Shown here one piece after another: positions 18,925-30,101 of a DNA stretch of 64,000 nt. Numbering within the stretch: position 1 is the stretch's first letter; every line of letters begins with the position of its first letter. This DNA is from Candidatus Latescibacterota bacterium. GTDB lineage: Bacteria; Latescibacterota; UBA2968; GCA-2709665. The position numbers were made by a program, and so were the translations under genes. Location: positions 2,976,001-3,040,000 of the forward strand of contig OZ250150.1 of the NCBI GenBank assembly GCA_965237675.1, given 5' to 3'. The notes below the pieces were generated by a model. It was not told the DNA's origin. It did not search any database and saw nothing but the letters and a program-made list of their open reading frames with translations.

Positions 18925-21074
18925 TCAGGGGCGATCGGACGTCGCGAGCCGGTCCTCGTAAAACGGCCCCGTTTCAAACGTCCTGGCCACAACGTCCAGC
19001 TGACGCAGATAGGTTTCTTTTCTTCGATTCGGGCCGTAAACGCCAAAGTCCACGAAATGGAGCCGATCTGTCTTCTCGTCCACCAGCACGTAGCTTCTGA
19101 AGGGCCCGCCCTTCCACGCAAGATTGTTCTGCCAAACGCCTTCAAGATGCACCGCCAGCCGGCTCCCCAACTCCCGCTGACTTACCTTCAGGCCTGTCTG
19201 ATCCACGACGTCGTTCTCAAAGAACCGGGAGGTGATCTCGTTCCGCTTCCGGATGCACCACGCCTCTGTCAAACGATCCGGGCTGACGCCATCCTCACGG
19301 TAGACAAACATCCACTGTGTCACGCGCGCGTGCGTTCGCGTGAGTACCACGAACCCGCTATCGGCATGGGTATCGATGAAATTGAACCCGAAAGGCACGC
19401 GCACACGCCATCCGAATCGTTTCGCCAGTTCCGATGCAAGCGCCTCTCTTTCGCCAAATCGGAAGAGAGACTCGGCGACCCGTTCGTCGCGCTTCCCATC
19501 GATTGCGCCGTAAATCCGATCCGCCTCCGTCATAATATTGGCTCTCAACGCATCACGATCCTCGCCCGTAACCAGAACCACGACCTGGTCGTCGGCCCAC
19601 ACGTCCCGCCGGATGACCACCGGCGGCGCTCCGTTCCGAATGACCTCCCGACGCGCCGGCGGCACGAGGGAGCGTACCAGACCGCCTGCTTCACGGTCTC
19701 CATCCAGCGGCGCGGCGATCACGATATTCTTCCGCCGCAGCATGCGAAAATCTCCGGCGTGTGCGAACGAGACATGGTAAAGGCGCTCCTTCCTGGGCGT
19801 CAGGATTTCACGCTCGATGACGTCGCGGAGCGTTCCCCGCAATGTCCGGCTCTCCGTGGAATCCGCAATGACCGTGACCATGTCGACGCGTCCGGAACCG
19901 GGAGGCAACCCATCGAGCCGCAGGAACGAAAGCAGCCGATCCTTAATCGCCGCCAGCTTTACGAAGGCTTCGGACCGGCCCGGCACCTCAACCGTGGGCC
20001 CGACCCCGCCGCACTGTGTCAACGCCGCCAGAATCAAACCCGAAGCCAACAGCAGACCTGTGCGGGAGAGGCGGCGTTCGTGGCCCCGTCTGGCATTCAG
20101 CAGCCGTGATATCCGCCTGACGACCTGCTTCCGATCTCCGGCGGCGCCAATGCCCAGTGTCGATCCGACCGGCGACGCCGCCATCTCCGTCAGGCGGGTG
20201 AGGCAGGCCGCATACCCCCTGGCTCTTCCGGTAATGCCCACAACCACATCGTCACACGCGACCTCCCGCGTTCCAGGTCCATCTGTCGCGCAATCCACCA
20301 TACGGCCGGATGGAAGAACAGAACGCAGCCCACGAGCGCCTGGAACAGTTTGGTCCAATCGTCCAGCCGGTGCAAGTGCGCCAGTTCGTGCAGGACCACC
20401 TGATCGAATTCAGCCTCCGTCAGCCGGTCCAGCATGGACTCCGGAATCAGAATCACGGGTTTGAACAGACCTGTCGCCGCAGGCGTGCGTACTCGCGTGG
20501 AACTGCAAAGGCGCACCCAGCGCCGCGTCTCGCTCCTGTAGTACAGATGACGCAGCCTGTGCTGATATCGGGCGGAGAGGGGCCTCGCGCTTCGTTTCAG
20601 GCGCCGCATGTGGCGGAACCCCAGAATGAGTTTGGTCGTCAGCGCCAGCGAAACCAGCATCCATACCGCAAAAACCAACGGCGGCCACTGCCCGGGCAGT
20701 TCCGGCGCAACACCCTGCTCCGCGTGTTCCCGAACCTTTGCACCGCCGGCGCCTGGCGCCGATTCAAAAGCGGCCGCCTCGCTCCGCTTCCGGGGACCGG
20801 GCATCTCCGGGTCGCTCACCTCAGAGGCCCGATACCATATCCGCGCCGCACCCGCACGGTCCGGTGGATCCCAGCCCTCGGACCAGCACAACGTGAATAC
20901 CACAAGCAGCGTGGTCGTCCAGATGACGTAGCGGGTGCGCGCGTTCAGCCACCGCGCCACACCCAACAGGCACCCGACCGCAAGCGTAACGATCAGCCCC
21001 TGCCAAAGACCGTAAAGCAGGGCGGACACCGCCACCCGTGAAACGGCATCGAAGATTTCGTAGCCCGCCAACAT
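18925..21074 (-). pseudogene. BlaR1/MecR1-like M56 metallopeptidase fused to a DUF4837-like domain; frameshifted near 20270
   Basis: HELAH zinc motif, FFHPAVWW; expected LEREVACD is split across frames (GAA CGC GGG AGG TCG, 2 extra nt); C-terminal part with GVWQN...GGPFRSY...YGPNRRKETYLRQLD. Confidence 0.75.
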
Positions 21075-21084
21075 GGGCCCTCTC

Positions 21085-21462
21085 CTACCTGCTGTCGTCC
21101 ACCATTTGCTTCAGGCGTTCGAGAACGTCGGGATCAAGCGCTTCGTTTTCCAGAATGTTCAACACCAGCGTCTCCGGCGAATTGTTGAAAAACCGGCTCA
21201 TCATATACCGAACCACGCTTCTTCTGGCTTCCTCGCGGCCAATCACCGGCTGGTAGACATAGGCCCTGCCTTCCTTCTCATGCGACAGGTAGCCTTTCCG
21301 CTCGAGAATCCTGAGCGTTGTCAACACCGTGCTATAGGCCGGTGGCTCTTCGCCGGGCAGCGCGGCGACCACGTCACTCACCGTGGCCGCCCCCTTCTTC
21401 CACATCACGTCCATCAGCCTGAGTTCCGCTTCCGTCAGCGTGGGTGACTTCGGCCTTGCCAT
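21085..21462 (-). CDS. BlaI/MecI/CopY family transcriptional repressor
   Basis: LTEAELRLMDVMW...AYSTVLTTLRILERKGYL...GRAYVY; AGGAG RBS. Confidence 0.92.
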   Translation of the reverse strand: MARPKSPTLTEAELRLMDVMWKKGAATVSDVVAALPGEEPPAYSTVLTTLRILERKGYLSHEKEGRAYVYQPVIGREEARRSVVRYMMSRFFNNSPETLVLNILENEALDPDVLERLKQMVDDSR

Positions 21463-21639
21463 ACAATCCACTCCTATAATGACAGCGTTAGACCACGGCG
21501 TTTCGTGTGGGCGCCGGGCGCCGGTCTCATCAACGTCTGAACGGCGGCCGAATTTCGGCAATCTATTTCCGGGTCAGAACACGAGGCGGGGGCGATTCAC
21601 GCTGCCCCAGCGGTGTGGTTCGTGTAAACGTGGGTGGCG

Positions 21640-21710
21640 CGATTAATTCCTTAATATAAAATATATGGAAATCCCACCTTTTGTCAATTAATAAATTAAT
21701 AATTCTTAAC
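21640..21710 (-). promoter_or_regulatory. AT-rich promoter/operator region upstream of blaI-like gene
   Basis: TTGACA on minus strand at 21687-21682, TATATT about 16 bp downstream, ATTAAT-AA-ATTAAT palindrome. Confidence 0.45.
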
Positions 21711-21814
21711 TGAACCATCAGGCTGCGCGGTCCGGATCGATGACAATCACCCTGGTACAGAACCGGGAGTCTTATGAAACACGGTGTTTTTTCTGGAAGC
21801 GTCAGCAGTTTTGC

Positions 21815-21875
21815 TTGACATGTGCTTCAGGAATGGGTAAATTAAAACGTTCGTTTAAATCATACGTTTGTTTGA
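21815..21875 (+). promoter_or_regulatory. sigma70 promoter with two PsrA-type operator palindromes
   Basis: TTGACA-17-TAAATT; AAACG-TT-CGTTT and TCATACG-TT-TGTTTGA immediately downstream. Confidence 0.7.
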
Positions 21876-21900
21876 ATTCCGATATTAGGATTCTGAATCG

Positions 21901-22545
21901 ATGAACCAATCCGACACCCACAACCGGTTGCTCGACGCCGCCGAGCAACTCTTTGCCGAACACGGAATCGGCGCCACGTCCTTACGGGCCATCACTGCGG
22001 AAGCCCCGGCGAACCTGGCCTCCATCCATTACCACTTCGGCTCCAAAGAAGCGCTGGTCGAAGCCGTCTTCGCCCGAAGGCTGGAACCGCTCAACCGGGA
22101 ACGCTGCCGCCTTCTCGAAGCGGAAGAGGCGGCCGCCGGTGGCCCGCCCTCCATTGAAGCCACCGTAAATGCCTTCGTGGCGCCCGCGATGCGGCTGGCG
22201 CACGACCCCGCGGGCGGCGGCGAGAGTTTCATGTTGCTCATCGGAAGGCTCTACTCCGAACCGGGAGACCTGGCGTTCAAAATCACGGAACAGTTCGCCG
22301 AAGTCTTTCAGCGTTTTACATCCGCTCTTTCCCGCAGCCTGCCCCACCTGTCCCAGACTGACCTGCTATGGAGATTCTTCTTCATGGTCGGCAGCATGAG
22401 CATGCCGCTGATGGGGAGGCACATCATCCCGCGCAGGACCGCGGGCTTATGCGACCCTGCGGACATCGAGGACAACATCAAACGCCTTGTCGCGTTCCTC
22501 GCGGGCGGCCTCCGGGCCGCTGCCCCCAACGGAGACACACCTTGA
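21901..22545 (+). CDS. TetR family regulator (PsrA-like)
   Basis: LLDAAEQLFAEHG...TSLRAIT..A.ANLASIHYHFGSKEAL HTH; PsrA-like C-terminal domain. Confidence 0.9.
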   Translation: MNQSDTHNRLLDAAEQLFAEHGIGATSLRAITAEAPANLASIHYHFGSKEALVEAVFARRLEPLNRERCRLLEAEEAAAGGPPSIEATVNAFVAPAMRLAHDPAGGGESFMLLIGRLYSEPGDLAFKITEQFAEVFQRFTSALSRSLPHLSQTDLLWRFFFMVGSMSMPLMGRHIIPRRTAGLCDPADIEDNIKRLVAFLAGGLRAAAPNGDTP

Positions 22546-23981
22546 GACGCGTACTTCCCATTCTCACCCTGCTGCTGGCGGCCTGCGCCGCGGCGCCACA
22601 GGTGAACCCACCGGACCTCAACGTAACGGTACCGGAGCGCTGGTCCGCCGGCCAGCCCGGCGCCGCCGCGGACACCCTCTGGTGGAGGGCTTTCAACGAT
22701 GAAGTCCTTACCGGTCTGGTCGCCGAAGCGCTCGTGCACAACCTCAACCTTCAATCCGCTGCCGCCCGGGTCAACGCCGCCGCCGCGCGCGCCAGAATCG
22801 CGGGTGCCCCGATGTATCCGGATGCCACGGGCCGAATTGGAGGGTCCCGCCGCAAACAGAATTTCATTGGTTTTCCGATCCCTGGCTCCGGAAACGGCGT
22901 TCCCTCTTCGACGTCCACCAACTTCGGTGTCTCCCTCGATGTCTCTTGGGAACTTGATCTCTGGGGTCGCCTGGGAGCCGGGGCGTCCGCGGCATTGGCC
23001 GATGTGCAGGCCTCGCGCGCCGAATACGCGGGCGCCCGACTCTCGCTGACGGGACAGACGGCCAAGACCTGGTTCGCCGCCGTGGAGGCCCACAGGCAGG
23101 TCGAACTGTCGGAAGCCACCGTCGAAAACTTCCGGACCTCCAGCGACGTCGTCCGTGAACGTTACAGGCGCGGTCTGAGGCACGCCCTTGACCTCCGCCG
23201 CGCGCTGTCCAGTCTGGCCGGCGCCGAGGCCGTCCTTCAACAACACCGACTCGTCTACGGCGCAACCTGCCGCCAACTCGAGGTTCTCCTGGGCCGATAT
23301 CCCGCGGCCGCTCTCAGCCCCGGCATCGCCCTGCCCGCACTGCCCGAAGCCGTTCCCGCCGGCCTCCCCGCGGACCTCGTGTCCCGCCGGCCGGACCTCG
23401 TTGCGGCGGAACGTGGGCTGGCGGCGTCCTACGCCCGTTACACGCAGGCCAAAAGGGCGCTCTATCCCCGCATCAGCCTGACGGGGTCGGCAGGTATCTC
23501 CAGCAATGAACTGAAGAATCTGCTCGACGGCGACTTCAGCGTGTGGAACCTGGCGGGCAACATCCTGCAACCCTTGTTTCAGGGCGGCCGAATCCGCGGC
23601 GGCATCCAGCAGGCCGCATCACAATCCGAACAGGCACTGGCGCTATACGTTCAAAGCGTTCTGTCGGCCTATGCAGAAGTAGAAAACGGGCTTGCGGCCG
23701 AGGTTCTTCTGGCCAAACGACAGGCCGCGCTGGAAACCGCCACAGAACAGGCGCTGGCCGCGCGCCGCCTCGCGGAAGACAGATACGCGAGCGGGCTCGT
23801 GGACCTCAACACGATGCTTGACGCTCAGCGCGGCGCCTATGCTTCCGAAAGCCAGTTGATTGCCGTGCGCCGCCAGCGTCTGGAAAACCGGGTCAACCTG
23901 CACCTCGCCCTCGGCGGGGGATTCCCGGGTCCCGACAGCGTGGCTTCAAGTATTCCCACCGAGCAACCGGAAGGACAGTAA
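22542..23981 (+). CDS. RND efflux outer-membrane lipoprotein (NodT/OprM family)
   Basis: Lipobox LLAA-C, SWELDLWG, GLPADLVSRRPDL, LHLALGGG; TTGA overlap with tetR. Confidence 0.9.
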   Translation: MRRVLPILTLLLAACAAAPQVNPPDLNVTVPERWSAGQPGAAADTLWWRAFNDEVLTGLVAEALVHNLNLQSAAARVNAAAARARIAGAPMYPDATGRIGGSRRKQNFIGFPIPGSGNGVPSSTSTNFGVSLDVSWELDLWGRLGAGASAALADVQASRAEYAGARLSLTGQTAKTWFAAVEAHRQVELSEATVENFRTSSDVVRERYRRGLRHALDLRRALSSLAGAEAVLQQHRLVYGATCRQLEVLLGRYPAAALSPGIALPALPEAVPAGLPADLVSRRPDLVAAERGLAASYARYTQAKRALYPRISLTGSAGISSNELKNLLDGDFSVWNLAGNILQPLFQGGRIRGGIQQAASQSEQALALYVQSVLSAYAEVENGLAAEVLLAKRQAALETATEQALAARRLAEDRYASGLVDLNTMLDAQRGAYASESQLIAVRRQRLENRVNLHLALGGGFPGPDSVASSIPTEQPEGQ

Positions 23982-23984
23982 CCC

Positions 23985-25262
23985 ATGGGTCGGTATCAGA
24001 GGAGGAATCCGGACAGACCGGGAACTTTCGAACGTTATTGGGGCGCCGTCTTCGGCTGGATTCGGCGGCATCCGAAGGCGCTGCTCCCCGTGGCGGTGAT
24101 TCTGATCGGAATGCTGAGCGCGTACGTCCTTATTGGCGCGCGGCCCGAGGTCGTCGTCGCACCCCCGGAGACGCCGCCGCCGCTGGTACGAGCGATGACG
24201 GTCGAATCCCGGGACTTACAACTGAAGGTTCAGGCTCAGGGCACCGTCGCCCCACGCACGGAAACCAGTCTGGGGTCCCAGGTTGCCGGGCAGATCATCT
24301 CCGTCTCTCCCGCCTTCGCCAACGGTGGCTTCTTTAAAACCGGGGATGTACTGCTCACCATCGAACCTCGGGATTACGAACTCGCGGTCGACCGTGCGCG
24401 GGCCGTGGTCGCGCAGGCCGAAGTGAGACTCGCGCGGGAAGAGGAAGAATCCGAATTGGCCATGCAGGAATGGAAGCGCCTGGGCAATGGCGAAGCCACG
24501 GCCCTGGCCCTTCGCAAACCCCAGTTGGCTGACGCTCGCGCCGCCCTCCAGGCCGCGCGGGCGTCTCAGGAACAGGCCCGCCTCGCGCTCGAACGAACCC
24601 GCATCCGCGCTCCCTACGAAGGGCGCGTGCTCTCCAAATCAGTGGGCCTGGGCCAGTACATCAATCCCGGTACTTCCGTTGCCCGCATCTACGCCGTCGA
24701 CTACGCCGAGATCCGGCTGGCCGTGCCGCACGCACAACTCGCCTACCTCGATCTGGCCTACAGCTTTCGCAACGAACTCGAACCCGCGTCGCGACCGAAG
24801 GCCCTGATTCGAGCGGTGTTCGCCGGACGCCGGCACACGTGGACGGGTCAAGTCGTACGAATAGAAGGTGAAATCGACGCCCGTACCCGTATGGTCAACC
24901 TGGTGGCCCGCGTCGATGCTCCATACGACAGGGGGAATGATCCGGAACGTGCTCCGCTCTTCGCGGGCCTGTTTGTCGAGGCCGAAATTGAGGGGCGCGT
25001 CGTCCGGAACGTCGTGGTTGTGCCCCGCGCTGCCGTCAGGGGTTCGGATGAGGTCCTCGTTATAGATGGCGACAGCCGTCTGCGTTTCAGGCGTGTCGAT
25101 CTGTTAAGGATGGAAGCGAAAAACGCCCTGATCCGATCCGGTCTGGCCACCGGCGAACGGGTGTGCATCTCGCCGCTCGCCGCAGTCGTCGACGGCATGC
25201 GGGTCCGGATCCTCCCGGAAGAGGCTGACGCCGCGCCCGGGAAGGAAGGGGGTGCTGGATGA
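23985..25262 (+). CDS. RND efflux periplasmic adaptor subunit
   Basis: TM anchor, lipoyl-like halves (QVAGQI, IRAPYEG), GLFVEAEI. Confidence 0.9.
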   Translation: MGRYQRRNPDRPGTFERYWGAVFGWIRRHPKALLPVAVILIGMLSAYVLIGARPEVVVAPPETPPPLVRAMTVESRDLQLKVQAQGTVAPRTETSLGSQVAGQIISVSPAFANGGFFKTGDVLLTIEPRDYELAVDRARAVVAQAEVRLAREEEESELAMQEWKRLGNGEATALALRKPQLADARAALQAARASQEQARLALERTRIRAPYEGRVLSKSVGLGQYINPGTSVARIYAVDYAEIRLAVPHAQLAYLDLAYSFRNELEPASRPKALIRAVFAGRRHTWTGQVVRIEGEIDARTRMVNLVARVDAPYDRGNDPERAPLFAGLFVEAEIEGRVVRNVVVVPRAAVRGSDEVLVIDGDSRLRFRRVDLLRMEAKNALIRSGLATGERVCISPLAAVVDGMRVRILPEEADAAPGKEGGAG

Positions 25263-28200
25263 ATCGCGCCATTGCCTGGTTTGCCGAAAACAGCGTTGCC
25301 GCGAACCTGCTCATGGTCATTATTCTGGCCGGCGGCATGCTCGCGATTGCCAGCCTCGAAGTGGAGCATTTTCCGGAATTCTCGTCCGACGTCATCTCGG
25401 CCTCAGTCGTTTATCGCGGTGCGGCGCCGGAGGAAGTGGAAGAAGGCGTCTGTGTGCGGATCGAAGAGGCGGTGCAGGGTCTGGAAGGCATCAAACGCAT
25501 TCGATCCACCGCTTCCGAAAACCGGGGCAGCGTCAACATCGAACTCCTGCCCGGCACGGATGCCCGCAAGTTGCTGGAAGATGTCAAGTCCGCCGTTGAC
25601 GGGATCGACACCTTTCCCGACGAAACCGAACAACCCGTCATCCAGGAAGTCGTGTTGCGGCGCCAGGTGATCAACGTGGCCGTTTCCGGCAACGCCGACG
25701 AAGCCACGCTCAAATACCTGGGTGAGCAGGTCCGTGACGAGATCACGGCCATTCCCGGAATTACCCAGGCGGTACTCAGCGGCGCGCGTCCATACGAGGT
25801 CTCCATCGAAGTCTCCGAATCCGCGCTGAGGCGATTCAGCCTGACCTTTGACGAAGTCGTCCGGGCGGTACGTCGCTCCTCGCTGGACCTGCCGGGCGGC
25901 GCCATCAAAACGGAAGGCGGGGAAATCCTGCTGCGGACAAAAGGGCAGGCCTACCGGGGTCCGGCCTTTGAAAACATCGTCCTGCGCACCCGGCCTGACG
26001 GGGCCGCGCTTACCGTGGGCGATGTGGCCAGGGTTGTCGACGGATTTGCGGACGCGGATCTAACCGGACGTTTCGACCTGGAACCCGGTGTGATTGTACA
26101 GGTCTTTCGGGTGGGCGACCAGGATGCGCTTGAAATCTCCCGAAATGTCAAGGAATACGTCAAATCGGCGGAATCCCGCCTGCCCGAGGGCATTTCTCTG
26201 ACCGTCTACGCCGATTTCTCCAGGATCCTGGAAGGGCGACTCAACCTGATGCTGAAAAACGGGCGGGGCGGCTTTATTCTGGTTCTCTTTATCCTGGCCA
26301 TGTTTTTGCGCCTTCGTCTGGCCTTCTGGATCGCTCTGGGTATTCCCATTTCGTTTCTCGGCGCCATTTGGCTGATGCCGTCCATAGGCGCTTCCATCAA
26401 TGTGATCTCGCTATTCGCATTCATCGTGGTGCTGGGCATCGTTGTCGACGACGCAATCGTCGTCGGAGAGAATATTTACCGCCGGTTTCAGCAGGGGGAG
26501 CGCGGCCTGCGCGGCGCCATCGCCGGCGCCCAGGAAGTGGCTGTGCCCGTCACCTTTGCCGTGTTGACTTCCATTGCCGCGTTTTCGCCCCTGTTGATGG
26601 TTCCGGGCAACACCGGCAAGATCATGAGACTGATCCCCGAGATCGTCATTCTTACGTTGGTTTTTTCACTGGTGGAATCCCTGTTCATTCTTCCCGCCCA
26701 CCTGGCGCACGTCAAGCTGCGCGGCAGAAAAAAAACAACCGGCCGTATCGGCCGGTTGATGAAGGCGTTTCGAGACGGTTTTTCAACTCGCCTGGAATCG
26801 CTCATCCTTCGGGTTTACCGCCCGCTGCTTGAACGCTGCCTGGAGTGGCGTTACCTCAGCGCGTCAGTGGGCGTGGCCGCGCTGACACTGACGGCCGGAC
26901 TCATTCTCGGCGGCTGGATTCAATTCCTGTTCTTCCCCCAGGTCCCGGCAGACAACGTGGCGGCAAACCTGACGATGCCGCAGGGAACACCCTCCGAGAC
27001 GACCGCGCGGGCCGTCAGCCGCCTTGAATCGTCCGCCATTCGGCTACAGCGCGAACTGGAATCGGAAAACGATCAGAAAATCTTCATGCATATGTTGGCC
27101 GTTGTGGGGGACCAACCCCTCAGGACGGCGCAGCGCCAGTTTCAGGGTGCGAATGCCTCTTTCTCCGGCGCGCACCTGGGCGAGGTCAACATTGAACTCA
27201 CGCCCGCCGAGGATCGAACCGTCAGCAGCATCGAATCGCCACACGCTGGCGCGAACTCACCGGGCCCATCCCGGAAGCCACGGAGCTGACGTTCACCTCG
27301 TCCCTCTTTTCCGCGGGCGATCCCATCAACATCCAGCTTACCGGCCCCGACTACGCCGAACTCCGGGCCGCGGCGGAAAAGTTAAAGAGCAAACTCGCGG
27401 AGTACCCGGGTGTGCTGGACATTGCCGACTCGTTTCGCCCGGGCAAGAAGGAGGTCAAACTCGCGCTCACCGAAGAGGCGCGCCTGCTTGGCCTCACCAT
27501 GTCCGACCTGGCTCGTCAGGTGCGCCAGGCGTTCTACGGAGAAGAAGCGCAACGCATCCAGCGTGGAAGGGACGATGTGAAGGTGATGGTCCGATATCCC
27601 GAAAGCGAGCGGCGGTCGTTGAACAACCTGGAGACCATGCGCATCCGAACACCAGAAGGCTCCGAAGTGCCCTTCTCCGTTGCCGCCCAGACCGAACTCG
27701 GCAGGGGCTACGCCGCCATCAATCGCACCGACCGCCAGCGAATTGTAAACGTAACGGCCGATGTCGACCGGAACAGAGCCAATGCCAATGAGATTCTGGC
27801 CGACGTCACGTCGCAGGTGCTCCCGGCCATTGTGGCGGACCACCCCCGCATCCGCTACAGCCTCGAAGGCGAGCAGCGGGAGCAGCAGGAAACCGTCTCC
27901 GGCCTCATGCGAAGCTTCGGTGTCGCCCTCATTGTCATCTTCGGCCTGCTCGCGATTCCCTTCCGATCCTATCTCCAGCCGTTGATTATCATGGCCGTTA
28001 TCCCCTTCGGGTTTGTGGGCGCCATATGGGGCCATATCATAATGGGCCTGGACCTCACCATTCTATCGCTATTCGGTCTGGTCGCGCTGTCCGGCGTGGT
28101 CATCAACGACAGCCTCGTCTTGGTGGATTTCATCAACCGCCGGCGCGCGGCGGGAAACAGCCTGGAAGAAGCCATCCGCGAAGCCGGCGTAGCCCGCTTC

Positions 28201-28458
28201 AGGCCCATCATCCTCACGTCTCTCACGACCTTCGGCGGCCTCACACCGCTGCTCTTTGAGACCAGCCTGCAGGCCCAATTCCTCATCCCGATGGCAACCT
28301 CCCTGGGCTTCGGCGTCATCTTCGGTACCTTCGTCATCCTCCTGCTGGTTCCCGTCACCTACGCCATCCTGGAAGACGTCAAATACGTCGTTGCCAGGCT
28401 GTTCGGCCGGGAGGCGAAGCATGAAGCGGAATTCGCGCCCGGAACCGCCACCGACTGA
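25259..28458 (+). pseudogene. RND efflux permease (AcrB family) with a one-base deletion near 27232
   Basis: GIVVDDAIVVGEN in first half and RFRPIILTSLTT in second half; ATC GAA TCG CC reads correctly as ATC GAA ATC GCC if one A is restored. Confidence 0.85.
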
Positions 28459-28523
28459 AACGGCCTTCCCGTCGCAGGTACCCCACGTCATTGAGTCGAC
28501 ATCCTGAGCAAGTGGCCCCTGGC

Positions 28524-28720
28524 GCTGCCCTGAGCCGCTCCATGAGCCGGCGCCCTGAGCTTGCACCCTGAGCTTGCACCCTGAGCTTGTCGAAGGGTTG
28601 TCGAAGGGTCGGCGAAGGGTCGGCGAAGGACTGTGAAGAGCGAACAGGTAGCGACAGCGTGGGCGCTTCGACACGCTCGTTTCGACAAGCTCAACGCACG
28701 CAATGACCACGCTTCGGCAT
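28524..28720. repeat. Composite CTGAGCTTGTCGAAG-type repeat element
   Basis: CCCTGAGCTTG x3 at 13-bp spacing, tandem CGAAGGGT units, TTTCGACAAGCTCAACGCACGCAATGACCACG; inverted copy at 35619-35735. Confidence 0.75.
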
Positions 28721-28817
28721 GTTCGCTTAGACGGGTTCGTTTCGACTATGCGTAAACGCTGTCCCGAACCCGGGAAAGATCGAGGGGTACGGCGTAGTCG
28801 AGGATCAGGATGTTGAC

Positions 28818-28873
28818 AATTTTGCACTATACTACAAATTTGTCTTGACATTTATGTAGTTTAGTGCAAATTT
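28818..28873 (+). promoter_or_regulatory. Long imperfect palindrome overlapping promoter of the AAA ATPase gene
   Basis: TTTGCACTATACTACA...TGTC-TT-GACA...TGTAGTTTAGTGCAAA; contains TTGACA. Confidence 0.65.
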
Positions 28874-28878
28874 ATCAT

Positions 28879-30063
28879 ATGGGCGACCTGATCTCCAGAT
28901 ACCTCGAATCCGTTGCGTCCGACGATCTGAATAGGAGGATGGTTTTCGTCGCCGGGCCACGGCAGGTTGGAAAAACGACGCTTGCCACGCTGTTGGCACG
29001 GCGCCATACAAACAGAGTTTACCTGAACTGGGACAATCGAACTCATCGTGATCGGATTCTGCGTGAGGAATGGGATCCCGACAGTCAGATTCTCGTTTTC
29101 GACGAACTTCACAAATACGATCGCTGGAAGCGCCTGATTAAGGGCATCTGGGACACGAGACAGAATAACGAACGGATCATCGTAACCGGGAGTTCGAGGC
29201 TGGACACATATCGGCGAGGCGGCGACTCACTCCTTGGACGATACCACTCATACCGGCTCCACCCTTTTTCCCTGGCCGAACTTGAAGGCGGTCGGAAAAC
29301 AAACTACCAGGACGACCGGTTCGAATTGGAATTTGGAAAAGCAGGCCCGGACAATGTCCGGCATTTATTGTTATTTGGCGGCTTCCCTGAGCCGTGCCTC
29401 GCAGGCAGTTCGCGAACACACCGCCGCTGGCTTCTGGATCGGTTCGAACGGGTCTTCAGGGAAGATATCCGGGACACAACCGCCGTCCGTTCGCTTTCAC
29501 AGATCGAACTGTTAGGCGCGATGATGCCGAAACGCGTTGGGTCTCCACTCTCGCTCAACGCAATGTCCGAAGACCTCGAAGTCAGTCCGCACACGGTCCG
29601 CGCCTGGATGGACCTTCTCTGCCGGAACTACTACACGTATCGCGTCGCACCGTATCACCGTCGCATCGAACGGTCCGTAAAAAAGTCTGCCAAATATTAC
29701 CTGTGGGACTGGTCTGAAATAGTCAACGAAGGCGTCCGATTCGAGAACCTCATCGCCTCCCATCTTCTCAAATTCTGCCACTTTCTGCGAGACGCCAATG
29801 GAGTAAACGCGGACCTGCGGCTATTGCGAGATCGCGAGAAACGGGAAGTGGACTTCGTCGTTCTATGGGATGAAAAACCGTGGTTCCTGGTTGAATGCAA
29901 ACTAACCGTACCCCGAAGCCACGGACACCTCGTTCGTTATGGTGAACTCCTGGACGTCAAGCAGAGATATGTCGTGACGCTGTCCGAGAGAGACGACTAC
30001 TACAATCACGGTACGGGCGTCCGCGTCCTGCCCGCATCCAGGTTTCTTACGGCATTCCCGTAG
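28879..30063 (+). CDS. AAA_14/DUF4143 ATP-binding protein
   Basis: GPRQVGKTT Walker A, VFDELHK Walker B, VTGSS, GGFPE, FEN, EVDFV...ECK nuclease-like tail. Confidence 0.9.
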   Translation: MGDLISRYLESVASDDLNRRMVFVAGPRQVGKTTLATLLARRHTNRVYLNWDNRTHRDRILREEWDPDSQILVFDELHKYDRWKRLIKGIWDTRQNNERIIVTGSSRLDTYRRGGDSLLGRYHSYRLHPFSLAELEGGRKTNYQDDRFELEFGKAGPDNVRHLLLFGGFPEPCLAGSSRTHRRWLLDRFERVFREDIRDTTAVRSLSQIELLGAMMPKRVGSPLSLNAMSEDLEVSPHTVRAWMDLLCRNYYTYRVAPYHRRIERSVKKSAKYYLWDWSEIVNEGVRFENLIASHLLKFCHFLRDANGVNADLRLLRDREKREVDFVVLWDEKPWFLVECKLTVPRSHGHLVRYGELLDVKQRYVVTLSERDDYYNHGTGVRVLPASRFLTAFP

Positions 30064-30101
30064 GCAGCCGCGAATATGCCGCATGTACCGCACGGATCCG
30101 G

